Of a stretch of 64,000 nt of DNA, positions 24,265 to 37,734 are shown piece after piece (within the stretch, counting starts at the first letter, position 1; each line of letters starts with the position of its first letter). Both the position numbers and the translations under genes were made by a program. Below the pieces are notes generated by a model. It was not told where the DNA came from. It searched no databases and saw nothing but the letters and a program-made list of their open reading frames with translations. Source of the stretch: Amphiscolops sp. MND2022 (taxonomy: Eukaryota); the NCBI GenBank assembly GCA_964187785.1, contig OZ076409.1:17672001-17736000 (forward strand). The letters run 5' to 3'.

Positions 24265-27200
24265 ATAGGTTAGAAGAACATATTCAAACGAAGACTATGC
24301 AGGAAAAATTGTGAAAATAGACATCTCTGTGGTTACAATTATCCAACTATACTCATGATATAACGAAATTTGATCAATTTCTTCATTTGAGGAAAACAAT
24401 CTTCTGAGGTCAAGTTTTCCCGTTGAACATGAGTTTTTACATGAGTTGGAATCATTTTGCAGCAAATGTGTATTTAGCAATGACTTTCTTTTTGTGAAAG
24501 TCAAGGTTTTATACTTGTTTGTATTTTTTCTCAAAGGAGGTTCTGACACACTCTTTGTCACTAAAAATGCAAAGGAAGCAGTTTCGAATTTCTCTCTAAG
24601 GTGTCGTCTGAAACAAGTGTTTAATTTCAATTTTCTCAGTGTTTTCAGTTTTTTTCAACTGTTCCGTTTAGTTGGGAAAGACGAGAATTTTATGAAAAAT
24701 TTCCGTGAAGAAAAATTTGAGCATCGGAAGTGAAAACTTCACCTGGAACTTACTGTGGCAGAAAGTTTTTATTCACACTTTTATTCTGAACCACAGCTGT
24801 GATGCTGAGGAAAACGTTTACAACAATTGAAGTTCAGTCTTTCTCTGCAGTTCTCTGCAATTTTAAAACGTTCGCACTGCAACATTCATCGAGAAAAATT
24901 TTAAAGACGTCTTTTCAATTTTAGCGCTTCTAAAAACCTTCAAAGAATGACCTTTTTCAGACAGTAAAGATTTGCAAGTGCTGTCACTCAAAACTTAGAA
25001 TAGCGACTATGCTTCATCTGGAAACATGTTACGATGAGAGGAAAATCTAATTTTTTTTTCTGAATTTCTTTCTACTATTTTTTCTCGCAATTTTGTTGCA
25101 ATTAGTCAAAAACGAAGATTCTTCGACGTCACGAATTTTCTCGGGATTGAAATTGAAACATTTGAAAGAACTCATGATATGGAGGCTATCCATGTAAAAT
25201 AAAATTTCCAAATGTCAGTTGTTGTGAATATCAGTCATTTTGAAGCAACTGAACTTTATTAGTCAGGGAGAAAACTTTTGTCGGCAAGTGTACATCATCA
25301 TATATGATCTAGATGTTTTTTGTATGGAGGTCAACCCGGCTCCTCTATCGTTTTCACATTTTGTTTCCCTGGTTGGAATTGCTTGAACTTTTCACATGTT
25401 TTTGTATGTTACCGAGCAAATTTTCTTTGATTTAATAAAATTTTCAAAGAAACGTCCACACAAAAAAACTTCACTGATTCGATCAGGTTTCATTCAGACG
25501 CCGTTCAGGTTACGCTTCGCTTCGCAAATATTGGCAATTTATTCTCGAGTTTTTTTTGTTTTGGGGGCTCCTCTTCTAATAGTGTTTCAACTGCTTTTCC
25601 TGGTCAGGTCTTCCATTCTGTTGATAACCCAGGAAGGAACGATTTTGTTTTGAAATTCAAGTTTCGTCGATGGGCACCGGAAAAATCTGCGACGCAATCA
25701 AGTGGATCCTTGATACAGTACGGCATGTAAATGAGTAGAATGAGTTCATTATTCAATCAAATTTTTCAGCGACAAAAAATCTTTGATAGATAGAATCTCA
25801 TCTAATAGTTACCCTGCTGTTAAAACACACAATTTTTCAGCAATTTCGTCAAAACCTAATGGAGACATGTCATTTTCATTTTCTGCTTTTTAGGAAGATA
25901 TTTAATTGACTTTTCATGTTGGAATACGTCTATTTATGCTCTCAGAAATTCCAATTTAATGTAGAACGTCCTATTTCAAGTGTCTCTCAGTACTGAACAA
26001 TTATGTTTTCCCGTGTTTATTTTCCGGGGACTTTCCGATGCATACAAATTTCTCTTAGGATTGAATATGTTTCCAATTAAAGCTTGATTCCAGCTTCCAT
26101 TTAATTTCCGTTCCTTTTCTTTCCTGAGTTGTCGTCTCAGAAACTAATAACGCTGTTCGAATGATTTATTAGGAATTTTCCTCCAATGCCATTGATTTTC
26201 TATATTCAATTGAATAAGCTGAAAACGCTAAATAATACTCAGATAGTACTCAGTCAGAAGTTAGGATTCACATAATAAACATTTATTTCATTTCATATTT
26301 AAACATTTTCATTTCAAACATGAATATTTCATCTGTTTCAACTAACCGAATCGATTGATCAAAGTAGATACTTTTACTTTTTTGCTGATGAGTAAATCAG
26401 ACATTCGAAATTGTTTTTATGTTAGCATACTTGGCTGAGTAGTACGTTTTCGCTGATCATTTTCAAATAATCGAAAGCATCGTTCTTGAGTGCAATGTGA
26501 ATGTAGTGGAACTTATTGTATACTAGAACTTGAAACAAAACTAGATAGAAGATTTTCTGATAGAACTAGAAGAACATAATCGTTTTTTTTTGTATTTTCA
26601 TGAAAATCTTGGAAGAGTGTTGTAGGACCTAAACATACAAAAAGGGCCTGAGCTAGCTTACACGCTTTCTCGTGCATACTTGATATCTGTAGCTCCACCA
26701 TGGTAGCAATGATTGAAAATTGCAAAACTTTCTTCCAAAAAACACCAGAGTCGATAACTTTTTTCGAACAAAACACTCAAATAATTTAGACGTAACGGTC
26801 CTACATGTTCTCAGTTTCTGTTTGGTAGTGTTTCAAGTTTAACTGTCCCACCTGCCTCAAAAAATTTGTTTTAAAATCTTGATTAACTTCATGGTAAAGG
26901 TGGTAGAACTTTATTATGCAGTTTTAACCGTTATATGCAGTTTTGCAAGAACAGCCAGAGAGAGAACACACACCCTCTGTATCGTACAGAACACACCCGT
27001 GCAGTGCAAACTCGTGCCAGAGAAAGGGCAGAGACGTACTGTATAGCGACATCGACAGTGAATCCGCCCCAAGAATGCGCACACCCCCGAGTTTCGACAG
27101 TAGTGTTATTCAACTTTTGCATGGACTGTTCCGCAGCTCGAATACGTTGAGACCCCATTTCAATGTTTAACTGATAAATCTCTGCGCGTGTCTGTTTTGA

Positions 27201-28128
27201 TTTTTAGGTATTTGGAAATTTATGATATGTCAGATCCTTTATTTTTATCATAACTACCTAATATAGTGTACTTTAGCTAATTGCCGTTTTTAGACTTCGG
27301 AGCTATGCATGAATTCTCAGGTACGCCAGAAACACGTTTTTCGTTGCTTGTGGGACGTGTCTGGACTTTGAGTGGGGCAGCATGTCGCCACGGAGCGTCA
27401 AAATGAGGACTCTCCTCGACGTTAGAAAAGTACCCCCAGGAGACCACTTTTGCGAAAAAAACTGATGTTTAGGATTGTAGATAGACTATGGTTTTTGTTC
27501 AGGCAATCTAGATACTGTCCAGCGTGTTTTCCGTTTGCTGGACGTCAGGTTACAAACATGGCTAAACTCTCACAGTGGATAGTGTTTTCAACAAATGTCA
27601 CTGAATCATCTTGTTAATTTTTATATGTCTGCCGTTAGAAAAAGCATTTCGTATATTTTTAAACCATTTACCATACTAAACTTTCCTGTGTTTTGGCGGG
27701 CATAAAAAGTGGAAAAAAGTTGTAATTTTTTCCAGTTTGTAGCCCATTTTTCTTAGAAAGAAATGAAAACACATACGAAAATCAGTCTCCCTAAGAAAGT
27801 ACGGCGAGGATATAAGACTTTACCATCAAAGTTTCAGTCATTAAGTATGACGTCTTCGTTTTTCTGCCGAAAAATTTTGGGAGTTTTTTTTTCATTTTTC
27901 AAGTTTCATCCTGATGTTCTTAGATTTCAGAACGGAGTCAAAATACGGAGTCCATAGTTTCATAAATTGTTCAAAGAATTCGTACGCCACGTTTTAGCGT
28001 AATATTGACGAAAACTTTCTCTCAGCCTTGTTTTTCTGAGATCAATCAATAAAATGAATGGGATTAATGAAGTTGTCTGAATTTTTTCCAATTGGTCGCT
28101 CATCTTTCTCAGAACTGAAAATACATAC

Positions 28129-29637
28129 TGTTGACGATAAGCTCAAGCAAAAACAAAGTAGAGGAATCGAATGTTGTATTGATGAAGTGGTAATTGAAAT
28201 GTTTGAAGCAAACTGTTTTTGATAAAGGCTGTCACGCAAAGTGACTAAGGTTAGCAAGATTCAGATTAATGTTTAACAGGTATTGTTTACAAATAAGTCT
28301 ATGATCTTTAATATCTACCACATTTCCCCTTTTACGGGTTTTTACAATTTTTTCCTCAAATTTGAATGTTTAATTAATACAAATGTAAATGTTAATAGCT
28401 TTTACATTTGATTAGCACAACACAAATGTTAAGATTATACAACACGATTAAGCCTGTTTTGGTACAACTAAAATTTCTGCGGTTAGCAGGTTTGTAGTCT
28501 TTTTCTTCTATTCTGCTGTTGTTTTCGAGATCAGATCGATCCCATATCTCTTTGTTGGGACTCTCTTTCTGTCCAGTACCCAGTAGTGGCTGGCCATGGC
28601 TTCTCCACTTCCCATCGAATTGTTGCATTGATGGGGTTTGCGCTGTTCCCCGGGGTTTCTTCATTTTTCTTTTCTTTATCAGTTTCGGTTTTTATTTCAA
28701 AACCTCTTGTTGACTCATCACCTTTACAACCAAAATACAGGTTCGCTTTTTATGCTTGTTTTGGGGGTTTCACTCGAATGAGACTCGTACGCTTTTTGCC
28801 TTTTCACCCCCTCCCCGAAAGCTATGGCGAACTCTAGGGCTTGTTCCGGTTCTTTGGGCTCGGTGCAAAGTTTTTCTTGTACTTTTTTATTGTTCATGTG
28901 CAGAATGAACATATCTAGCACCAAAGTTGTCGATATTTCGCCCAAGTCACATTGTGCTGCCAATCCATTCAAGGCGTGCCAATACTGGTAGAGTGATTCT
29001 CCGGGTTGTTGGTATCTTGAGAAGAAACGATGTCGGTCTAGGGTGCGATTTCTCTTTTTCTGGAAGCATTCTGTACACAAATTTAACATCTCTCCTGCTT
29101 TGAGGTACCATAATGTAGTGTGTGGAAATTTATCTCGGAATTGCTTTCTCGCTGCGCCCCCTAACGATCTGTAAAGTACACTACCAAATTTCTTGTTTGC
29201 AGGGTCTTCGTCCAAGTCCCCAGTAAGGGCTCGAACCCTGGGACTTTGTTCGGTCACTTAACGTGTGAGCTTCGTGATGGATATTGAATATTTTGCCATT
29301 GCGGCAACTTGAAAGATCCACCCACTTGTCCCATTCCGTAGTTGGGTTTTCGTCTGCATCGTGCCAAAACACTGGGAGACCCACCAAATGTGTCAATGAC
29401 GAAGTCTGCACAGAAGAATTTTCTGAATTTGCTCGCAGCGCCATGTTGACGATAAGCTCAAGCAAAAACAAAGTAGAGGAATCGAATGTTGTATTGATGA
29501 AGTGGTAATTGAAATGTTTGAAGCAAACTGTTTTTGATAAAGGCTGTCACGCAAAGTGACTAAGGTTAGCAAAATTCAGACTAAGGTTTAACAGATATTG
29601 TTTACAAATAAGTCTATGATCTTTAATATCTACCACA
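28129..29637 (-). mobile_element. Non-autonomous mini LTR element (194-bp LTRs, gag-only, pol deleted), Gypsy/Mag-like
   Basis: Direct repeats 28129-28322 and 29444-29637 (TG...CA, 4 differences). PBS TGGCGCTGCGAGCA (tRNA-Ser-like) at 29443-29430. PPT AAAAAGGGGAAA abuts the 3' LTR. Flanks CATAC/CAGAG are an imperfect TSD. Confidence 0.92.
28724..29444 (-). pseudogene. gag: Frameshifted, truncated gag of the mini element
   Basis: WDKWVDL and RNRTLDRHRFFSRYQQPGESLYQYWHALNGLAAQCDLG...KVQEKL, a retrotransposon capsid-like Q..GES motif. Confidence 0.8.
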
Positions 29638-32600
29638 CAGAGAGTCTCCCTCAGACAGTACGGCAAGGATGTAGGAGAGTTTTTTTATCGTCAAGGTTTC
29701 CGTCATCAAATAGGACGCCTTCGTTTTGCTGCAAAATTGTTTTCATTTTATTCTTGCTCATTTCATCAAAAATTCCCAATCTGGAAAGTTTTCGTGTCTA
29801 TTACAATCCAAAGGGCGCAACTGTACATTAAGATACAGGACAAAATTTGTTTCATAAGAAATCTGAAGCCTTTGTATGAGAAAACGACCCTTAGTACCTC
29901 AAAGTTGCAAACAATTTTGGACAGTTTCCGACCGTTTACGCAACTCAATGTAGTGTGTTTGTCAATGAAGGATCCACAAAACTGAAAAATAAACAATAAA
30001 ATTTTAAGAACTTTTGAATAGATAATTTTGAAATTCTGTGAACTAGAAAATGTTCTGACTTGTTGAAAAATCTGTTGAAAATCTTTAAATAATATCCGAA
30101 GTACTAGAACAAACCGTTAGCTGCTTATAATAGCACGCTGGAGAAAAATCCGACGTTTTAGAAGAAGGAAGTGCCTGAATTGAATCAAAAAGTGTCTAAG
30201 TACTCTTATGTTGAAATAGAAGTTTTTCACAGACCGATGGTCTCACTGAAGTTAATGCTTATCAGAAAAAAGAAACAAATGTGAAAACAATTATCTGTTA
30301 TTTTCGGCAAACGTTTGGTGTAAATAATTTGTTTTCTTCACTTCATAGTGCACTGTCATATAGGAATAAACTACCAATTTCCGCAGATCTATAATTTATG
30401 TTTAGTCCTCATTTACTGAGCCCAAAGACCTGTAGTTCTCAGAAATGTGTTAACCGAATCCAATATTCCCAGAAATTCAATTGCCGTATTAAACTGTCCA
30501 AAAAACAAAATGCCCAGCAACCAGCGAGATATTTTCTGCCCCAAACTGTTTACAACGACATAAATTTGAGGCTCAAGAGCAGCACTATGAAAATGCGAAG
30601 AAGTCGAAAAGAAGTTTTGATGCATCTTAGCCCATTTTCAAAGGAAACACCACCTAATTTATAAATACGCCAAGTACCTATTTATTTTGTTGTCGAACTA
30701 TGTGGATACCAGTACCTAATCTACCGAACCAAATTTGTTGTTTTTTTTGCAGAAAACGTCACCAAAAAGGCCACAAATTGGAAACGTTTGATATTTTTGA
30801 CAATTTTGGTGTCATTTTGAGGATCATTTTAACAAGAAACTACAGATTTCTCTTCTAAAAATCCTACTGGATACCGAGATCAGTGGTTGTTGAATGTTTA
30901 TAACATTTTTATCCACGGAATAGCTCGAACATTGTACAAAAAACTGCAGACAAACGTCAAAATTGTTTCAATTTTTGGGTAAGCCCGAGGTTTTCTTCAT
31001 ATGTGGGTAAGGGCAAAAATAATTCTTTGGAAGACGTACTCCATAGCTAGTGATTTTGCTTGGAGCTTTTTGAATATTAAATATTTGACAAATAGGTCGA
31101 AAAAGAATGTTACATTTTCGAGTATGGTTTTTTTTTAGAATTTTTGCAAATAGATTTGTCCGGTATCTTTTTGAAACACTACCGGTAGCTACAAGATTCA
31201 ATCCTGAGCCTAGAAACTAAACATTCGGAAAGCGTCCGAAATTGGGACTAGCTTTTTGAACATTGACAATGTTGTTGGGACTACGTTGTCATTTCCGAGG
31301 AACTTTATTCCACTTTCTTCCTCAAATTGCGTTTTGAATACGTTGTTTATTCAACTTCAGGTCAAGTTCAATTCTTGAAACATTTTTGTGGATCGAACAA
31401 AAATTAGGATTAAGTTGTCACAAAACGTGCGCTTGATCGTTTTTCTCTATTTTGGGTAGTTCTGAGGCCAATTTTAATAAACCTTGCTCCTATAACCTCA
31501 GAAACGCCTACTGGAAACCAGTTTCAGTCGTTTCTGATTTTCTAAAACCAATGGATGCAGGGAAAATGCTCAAAAAATTACAAAAAACCGCATAGCAAGT
31601 CAAAATCCTGAAAATGCGGGTTTTCGCGACTCTTTCGTCGTTCTGAGGTAATATTCCACCGTAAAACTGTAAGCTTCTCTTAAAAGCGTGCTGCGAACAC
31701 AGTTTTATCATCTTGGGCATTTGAAGCTTTCATCTCACCAAATGTTTCTAATATCGAATGAAAAATCTCTCACATTGTGTAAATTTGACAGAGAGCTTGC
31801 AATTTTCCCCCTCATTTTGAGGCATTTCCCTTAATAAAAATCTGCAAATAATTTCTCTCTGAAAGAGCTCATATGAAACTTTTCAAAAAATCTACATCAG
31901 TCGCAAAAAAAGTTTTTGAAAGTTTTCGAAAAACGCTGCAATGTTCTTTTCGAAAACTCGTACCTCACAGCTAGTTGTTCTGTTTTTGAACAGTTTCGAA
32001 CTCATACCCCATGAAGTGTCACGGAAATTGCACAGAAAGCATCATTGTGTCGTATTTCTGTACATTTTCTTGATCAATTAGAGGCATTTTTCAATTTTAA
32101 ACTGCAAATAGCTCTCAACTGAACAACCAATTCTTTCCTTGTTTAACTATTTCAACGTTCTAATCTACGAAGTTTATCGAAAATTTGACAAAAAATGCAT
32201 AAACGCGACCTAAATCGTGAAATTGGAATTTTCGGTGTCTTCTTGAGGGATTTAAAAAACTGCACTTATCTCTCCACAAGAAACTACTGGACATCTGATT
32301 TTTTCCTTGTTCAACGGTGTTAGCTTTTTGTTCTACGAAATCTCTGGAAAGTTTGACAATGGCAATATAAAATCGTTGAAAGTTGGGACATTTCGGAATT
32401 TTGCATTTTTGGGTAGTTTCGGGGCCTTTTTTGACCTACTTAAAGAAATTCAAAAACCTTTACAAATACATATTGCACGAACTAAATTTGTATAATTTGA
32501 ATTTTATGAGTGACACTCTCTATTTTGAACTTAAAGTTGGATCCTAGCAAATTTTGTAAGAAAAAGAATGGTACAAAAAACGTTCAAAAACGTTTTGTAA

Positions 32601-32689
32601 ATATTTACCATTCCCATGCCTTTGTTGGGGGTGTATTTGCAAACCCATGTTAAGGCGTTTAATGCTTTTTGTACTTCATGACGACCTAA

Positions 32690-33213
32690 CCCTTGTTGAA
32701 ACTGCCTTAACTTTTTGCATGTATTTTATTGTTGGCAGCAACTTTTGTTCTGATTTTCTAAAACTCTTACGGAAACTTTCATGTATTTAACTTCTATCAA
32801 GTTGCTTGAAAGATTCACAAAAGTATTGGCGGCAATTTTAAGCCTTGAAGTTTTGCAGGTTTTATTAAGCAGCAGTTATCATTTTAAAAGCAAAGCAGTT
32901 GCTTTCGGATGGACCGCTAAATTAGTGCAAAACAACTTCAGTCGCGTAATGGACAGCAACTTAGCCTCATGTTCAACGCGCTATTTGAGAAGTGGTGATC
33001 ACGTCAGATGAGTAGTTGAGGAAACAAAGTGTGGATACCAAATGATCGTGTCGGTAATGTAGTGGAATGTGTTTTCAAATTTAATTGCAGTAGTGGAAAA
33101 TGCAGCGTAATGATTTACCATCCGAAGTTCACTGAATTTTCAATTTTTTTAAAAACAAACAGCCTGCAAACAGGCCTGCAGCATGTAAAAAGTTTCTGTA
33201 GTTTCAACTAGGA
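32690..33213 (+). mobile_element. Non-autonomous DNA transposon (CMC/EnSpm-like), family B copy 1
   Basis: TIR CCCTTGTTGAAACT...AGTTTCAACTAGG. Its reverse complement aligns along its length with 43600-44148. Confidence 0.8.
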
Positions 33214-36137
33214 AAGTTACTGTAAATTACAGGGATAAAACAGAGTAAAAAAATATTCTCTTCTTGCTCTTTGACATTCATTTTGCCCAAAAGTTTCCAA
33301 TTTTTCTGTTCCTCCAAGCGAGACTTTTTGAAACTCTCTGAGGTAATTTTAATGAGCCTGAGAAGACAAAAATCTTGTATACTTTTTGCTGACAATTATC
33401 TTCTACTGCTCAGTTTCTTTCCGATTCGGTCCCATCAGATACTCTATGGTAACAAAAAGCTTCAGACAGTTAATATCACAATTGAAGGCGCATTTTCAGA
33501 GCACGCATATGCCAAAAAATTCTCAGAGTCCCAAAAACTACCGATCAAACAAATCTTCCTTGATCAATTTTGAAGCCTTTCTTTACCTTTCACATTTACC
33601 ACTCTCTGGAAATGATCTCTTGAAAAATGAACAGTCACACTGTGGTAATTCCATTGAAACAATATTTTATGGAGTAAAAAGTGAATGATTTGCATTTTGT
33701 GATAATTCTGATGTGTAAATTCCAAAGGGGGACCTCTTCTGGAAAAGTGTTAGTCAAAGGTTAGAGATCCGATTCCAAGGTGCAAAATTCTTTGATACGA
33801 ACAACGGTTTTCGAGTTTTCGAGTTTTTGCATGCTAAATTTCGGAATATATCAAGCGTAATTAAAGCCAAGTGTTATAACTTCAGTTTGCTCCTATGAAC
33901 TTTAGGTCAATAGCTTATATAAAAAATAACATAAGGTTTGAAATGAATTTTACAGAAGTCGAGTATCTTCAGCTTTTTGGTAACCCATATGAAAGCCTTT
34001 CTTCAAGGATGAATTTTGGTTGTACCTTTAAAGCAATCCAAGATTGCAAAAATCTATTCAAATAAAGAACTGCTTGAAAGATTTGCCGATTGCTTCCATT
34101 TTGGAGTTGGGAATATTTGAAAGATCCACTTTTGAAGCTTTTATGATTTTAAACATCAATTATATAGGTAGCTTTTTTGAAATTTTTTGATAGTTTGTTA
34201 ATATGCAAGCAACACCTGATTGATCGTTTCTATTCAAAGACCTCAATTTGCCTTTTATAATTTGACAGAAAAAAGCTTCTAGATTGTTTTGATCCGATCT
34301 TTATCAAGTTTTCAATCAGGCATTTTGAATTTCTAAATAAACTCGATTTTGGAGAACCTTGACACTTCAAAACGTAGCTGTTTGGTTCCAGTTGTTTTAG
34401 CTGATGATCTTAGGCCACTTTTAGGATCGTAACGACTTTGATTTCGAACAATTTTCAAAACGCGAACCGTTCTTGAATTCATCTGAATTTCAACGAACTC
34501 GAGATTTTTTGACTCAAACAAATCAAGGATTTGACTAGAATTCATCCTTTTATGGAAATACATCAGATGCTAGTACTTTGAAAAACACATGACTCACGGG
34601 GACAAGTTTCCCCAAATGCCTGAAATACTCCCCACTAGACGCCGAACTATTTTTCATCTCCTCAAAATTTCCAATCAATAATCAAGCAGGCATTTTTTGT
34701 AGCACTTCCTGTGGTTCTGATGATGTATGATTGATCGATGCAATTAGCTAATTCAAAATCCTGAAAAATCAATAATTCAGCCAAGTTGGATTCGGTTTTG
34801 AGTGACATAACATGTTGAACAAACTAAATTATTCATGCCGGTGCAAAAGTGAAAGGAAGTCTGAATTTTTGCCAGTTGCAATTTGTAGGAATTTTTAATC
34901 AAAAGCATGACTGGCTCCATGACGCCCATTGCATCTTGTTTCTGCTTCTAAGGAAAATCACTGCATCTTCGATGTTTGCACTTATCTTTTCCATGATACA
35001 TCCATGTACCTTGGCGTATCCGTACAAAAGTATCCGAAACTCCATATTTGTATGTTTTGCGAGAAAACTTTTTAGCTCCCTAAAAAGAAATGTAATAAAA
35101 TAGGGATTTCCCGTTAAATTTTGAATGATCGGTGGCGCTAATTTTGTTGCAAATTAGTTCAAACTTTTATTTTTCTTCTCTAGTTATTCAGTTTCTTCAG
35201 GATTCGTTTTCTTTATCGGTTATCATGAATTTTTGGCAAAATACACAACTGTGAATTTTGTTTTCTTTCGATGGCACGAAAAAACTAAACCTTAAAATTC
35301 AATACACCATCTACTGTTCACGAAATTAATGTTATTGGGACATATACATTGTGTTTAATACCAAAAGCCTTGAAAAAAAAATATATTTTCCGTTCGGACT
35401 GACGATATTTTGGTCTTTTCATCTACTTGTCACAAAAATTCCCTCAGGATAACTTTTCCACAAAATAACCTTGAAAACTCTATGCCTCTTTGTAACAGGG
35501 GAAAATTACAGGAAACTAGCGAAGCAGGAAATTCAGAGGCAAAAGAATACGCCTAAATTTTCAAATCTACATCACTGAGAAGGTAGCAAAAAGTTGCTGC
35601 AATTTGAAACCTTTAGAGGGAGTATTATCTATATTCTTTTCTGAATCTAAAAGACAGACTCATGTCGCCACTTTTCATCAGGATGCAATAAAACGGAACT
35701 AAATGGGAGCCAAGGTGCCTTTAAGAAGGAGATTCATAACCTGCACTTAATGATTTTATAGAACAGTTTTCTACTAGTTGAGCAGAAATGTCTTCACGAA
35801 TATCGATTATTTTTGTTTCGCGTGATTGAATAACTCAGTGGACATTTGAAAAATGGACACAAATTCTTAATATGCAGACTCTTCCGCTCCTCGGATCCCT
35901 ATCGTGCTTTAAATATGAAGAATTCAAGTAAATTGGGAGACAATTTGATCCCAAAAAAACGAAAAATTTCGATTTGAAGTCACCAGTAAGGCTAATATTC
36001 TCTCCATATTCAAATACAAAACGAAAGAAGACAAAGGTAACCAAGAATAAACATGGTGCTATATTTTCGCCGTTTTATCTGGGAACATTCAGTATTAGTC
36101 AAGAGAACATTTTATATGAGAACCCAAGAACTAGTTT

Positions 36138-36433
36138 TTAGTCGGCGCTTTTAGAATAAAAGAGCCTGACTATTGCAGTCACTGTTTTTTTTCTATTTTT
36201 TTGGTTTTTCTTGAAGACAGACTGGAATGCGACGAAATTTTCGTTTAGTTTGCTCAACTAAACGAATATCTGGGAAACTCATCTAAGTTATTGCAAAGGG
36301 CCTCCTTTCATTTTTTACCTTTTACACGTAACATACAAAAACGGATGAGAATAAAGGGTCCCCTTTCTCAATTGTCTCCGGCGTTGTGAGACTTTTTCAT
36401 AAAAGTTTCTTAATGTCCTCGAAGGGTCACCCC
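36138..36433 (+). mobile_element. Helentron/DINE-1-like element 5' part, interrupted by an LTR element
   Basis: Starts TTTAGTCGGCGCTTTTAG...GACTA and carries the family core (GGCGTTGTGAGACTTTT, AAGGGTC). Confidence 0.6.
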
Positions 36434-37450
36434 TGTGAAATGCAGAGGCCAAACTGCCAATCACCAATTGCAGAACTGTCATAGTCTGAGAGCTGTCTAG
36501 TACTTAGGTACAAACAATTTCTAATTACTTCAATTATGCCTTGACCTGTTTATGTTAATGTGTTGTTGTATACCATTATACTTTGAGGATCCCATACACC
36601 ACAGTTGAATGAAAGTTCCATATGCTACACCGTTTTAACCTTAGAAATTGCGATCTTGACATGGCGCAGTAAGCAAGATTCACATCTCTTTTCACCAGGG
36701 TACAAAACCCTTTCATCACTAAAATCAACCACCAATGACCACCACAAATATCCGATTACCCTATCGAGAGGATACCGGACTCGACAGGAAGAACAATAAG
36801 CACCCAAAGAGTGGACCGAGACATTTCGGCATTACACATAAAAGTATCTATAATGTGGATATCAAACAAATATTGACGAATGATACGGTACGAACCGACT
36901 CCTTGGTTTCGAAAGAACCAGAGATCAAGCAAGACTCTATCGGGGGCGCAGGACCGTCAGCAATTGAAATATTCACCAAGGGAGAGTTTAGGACGAACCC
37001 AGAAACTATCAAAACCGACAAACTAATACAGTTATTTCGGGAATACTCTATGCTACTTGCCCAAAAGAAATAACTACCACAGCCGTGTTTGAGCAAAACA
37101 AGAAGACCACTAGACACCAGAAGAGCATTGAAAAAAATAATAACCTCAGAAAAAGCTGCGATTTCAGACATATAAAAGAGATCTCCTGATAACGAAATTC
37201 ATCACAAGCATTACTGACAAAAAGCTTCGAGAGAAAATAATCTGTGAAAAAACCATAAATTTGGAAACAACCGTAGACTTTGTTACTCAAAACAGCTACA
37301 ACCGACGACATAAACAATCTGCTAAACCACTCGCATTGGCAAAAGACAAAGAAATAAAACAGGAACCAATCCAAAAAATCAGGAACCAATCCAAAGAAAA
37401 CACCGGGAAAAACGGAAAACACCGGAAAGAAACAACGGAATTCTCATTTT
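36434..37450 (+). mobile_element. Truncated Gypsy-like element: LTR (~36434-36661), PBS and decayed gag
   Basis: TG...GACA followed by TGGCGCAGTAAGCA (tRNA-Ser-like PBS). Gag-like fragments GAGPSAIEIFTKGEF...LIQLFREY, LPKRN and LETTVDFVTQNSYNRRHKQ. The LTR start is a guess. Confidence 0.65.
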
Positions 37451-37734
37451 TCGTTTGATATTAGATTTTCTCAATATATGTCCACCAATATATTTTTTAA
37501 TACTATGCGAATTTTTGACGTTATGTCCGAAAAAAATGCGTTCCACTAAAGTTGAGGTTTAGGTTCAAAAATACTGTGTTGTATTCGAATATTGCGCTAT
37601 GTCCGTAGTAAATTAGGCTTTACTAAGGAGGAGGCCGAGGTTCTACCATGTCGTCAAAGTTGCATAAAAAACTATGAAGCACCCACGAAGAAACGAACTC
37701 TCTGTGAAACAAATATATAAACTTGCTCTGTTTA

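Noticed and set aside
24295..35103. Numerous 60-110 aa ORFs in AT-rich intronic DNA
   Set aside because: F/K/L/I-rich composition, non-ATG starts and no motifs; consistent with chance ORFs.
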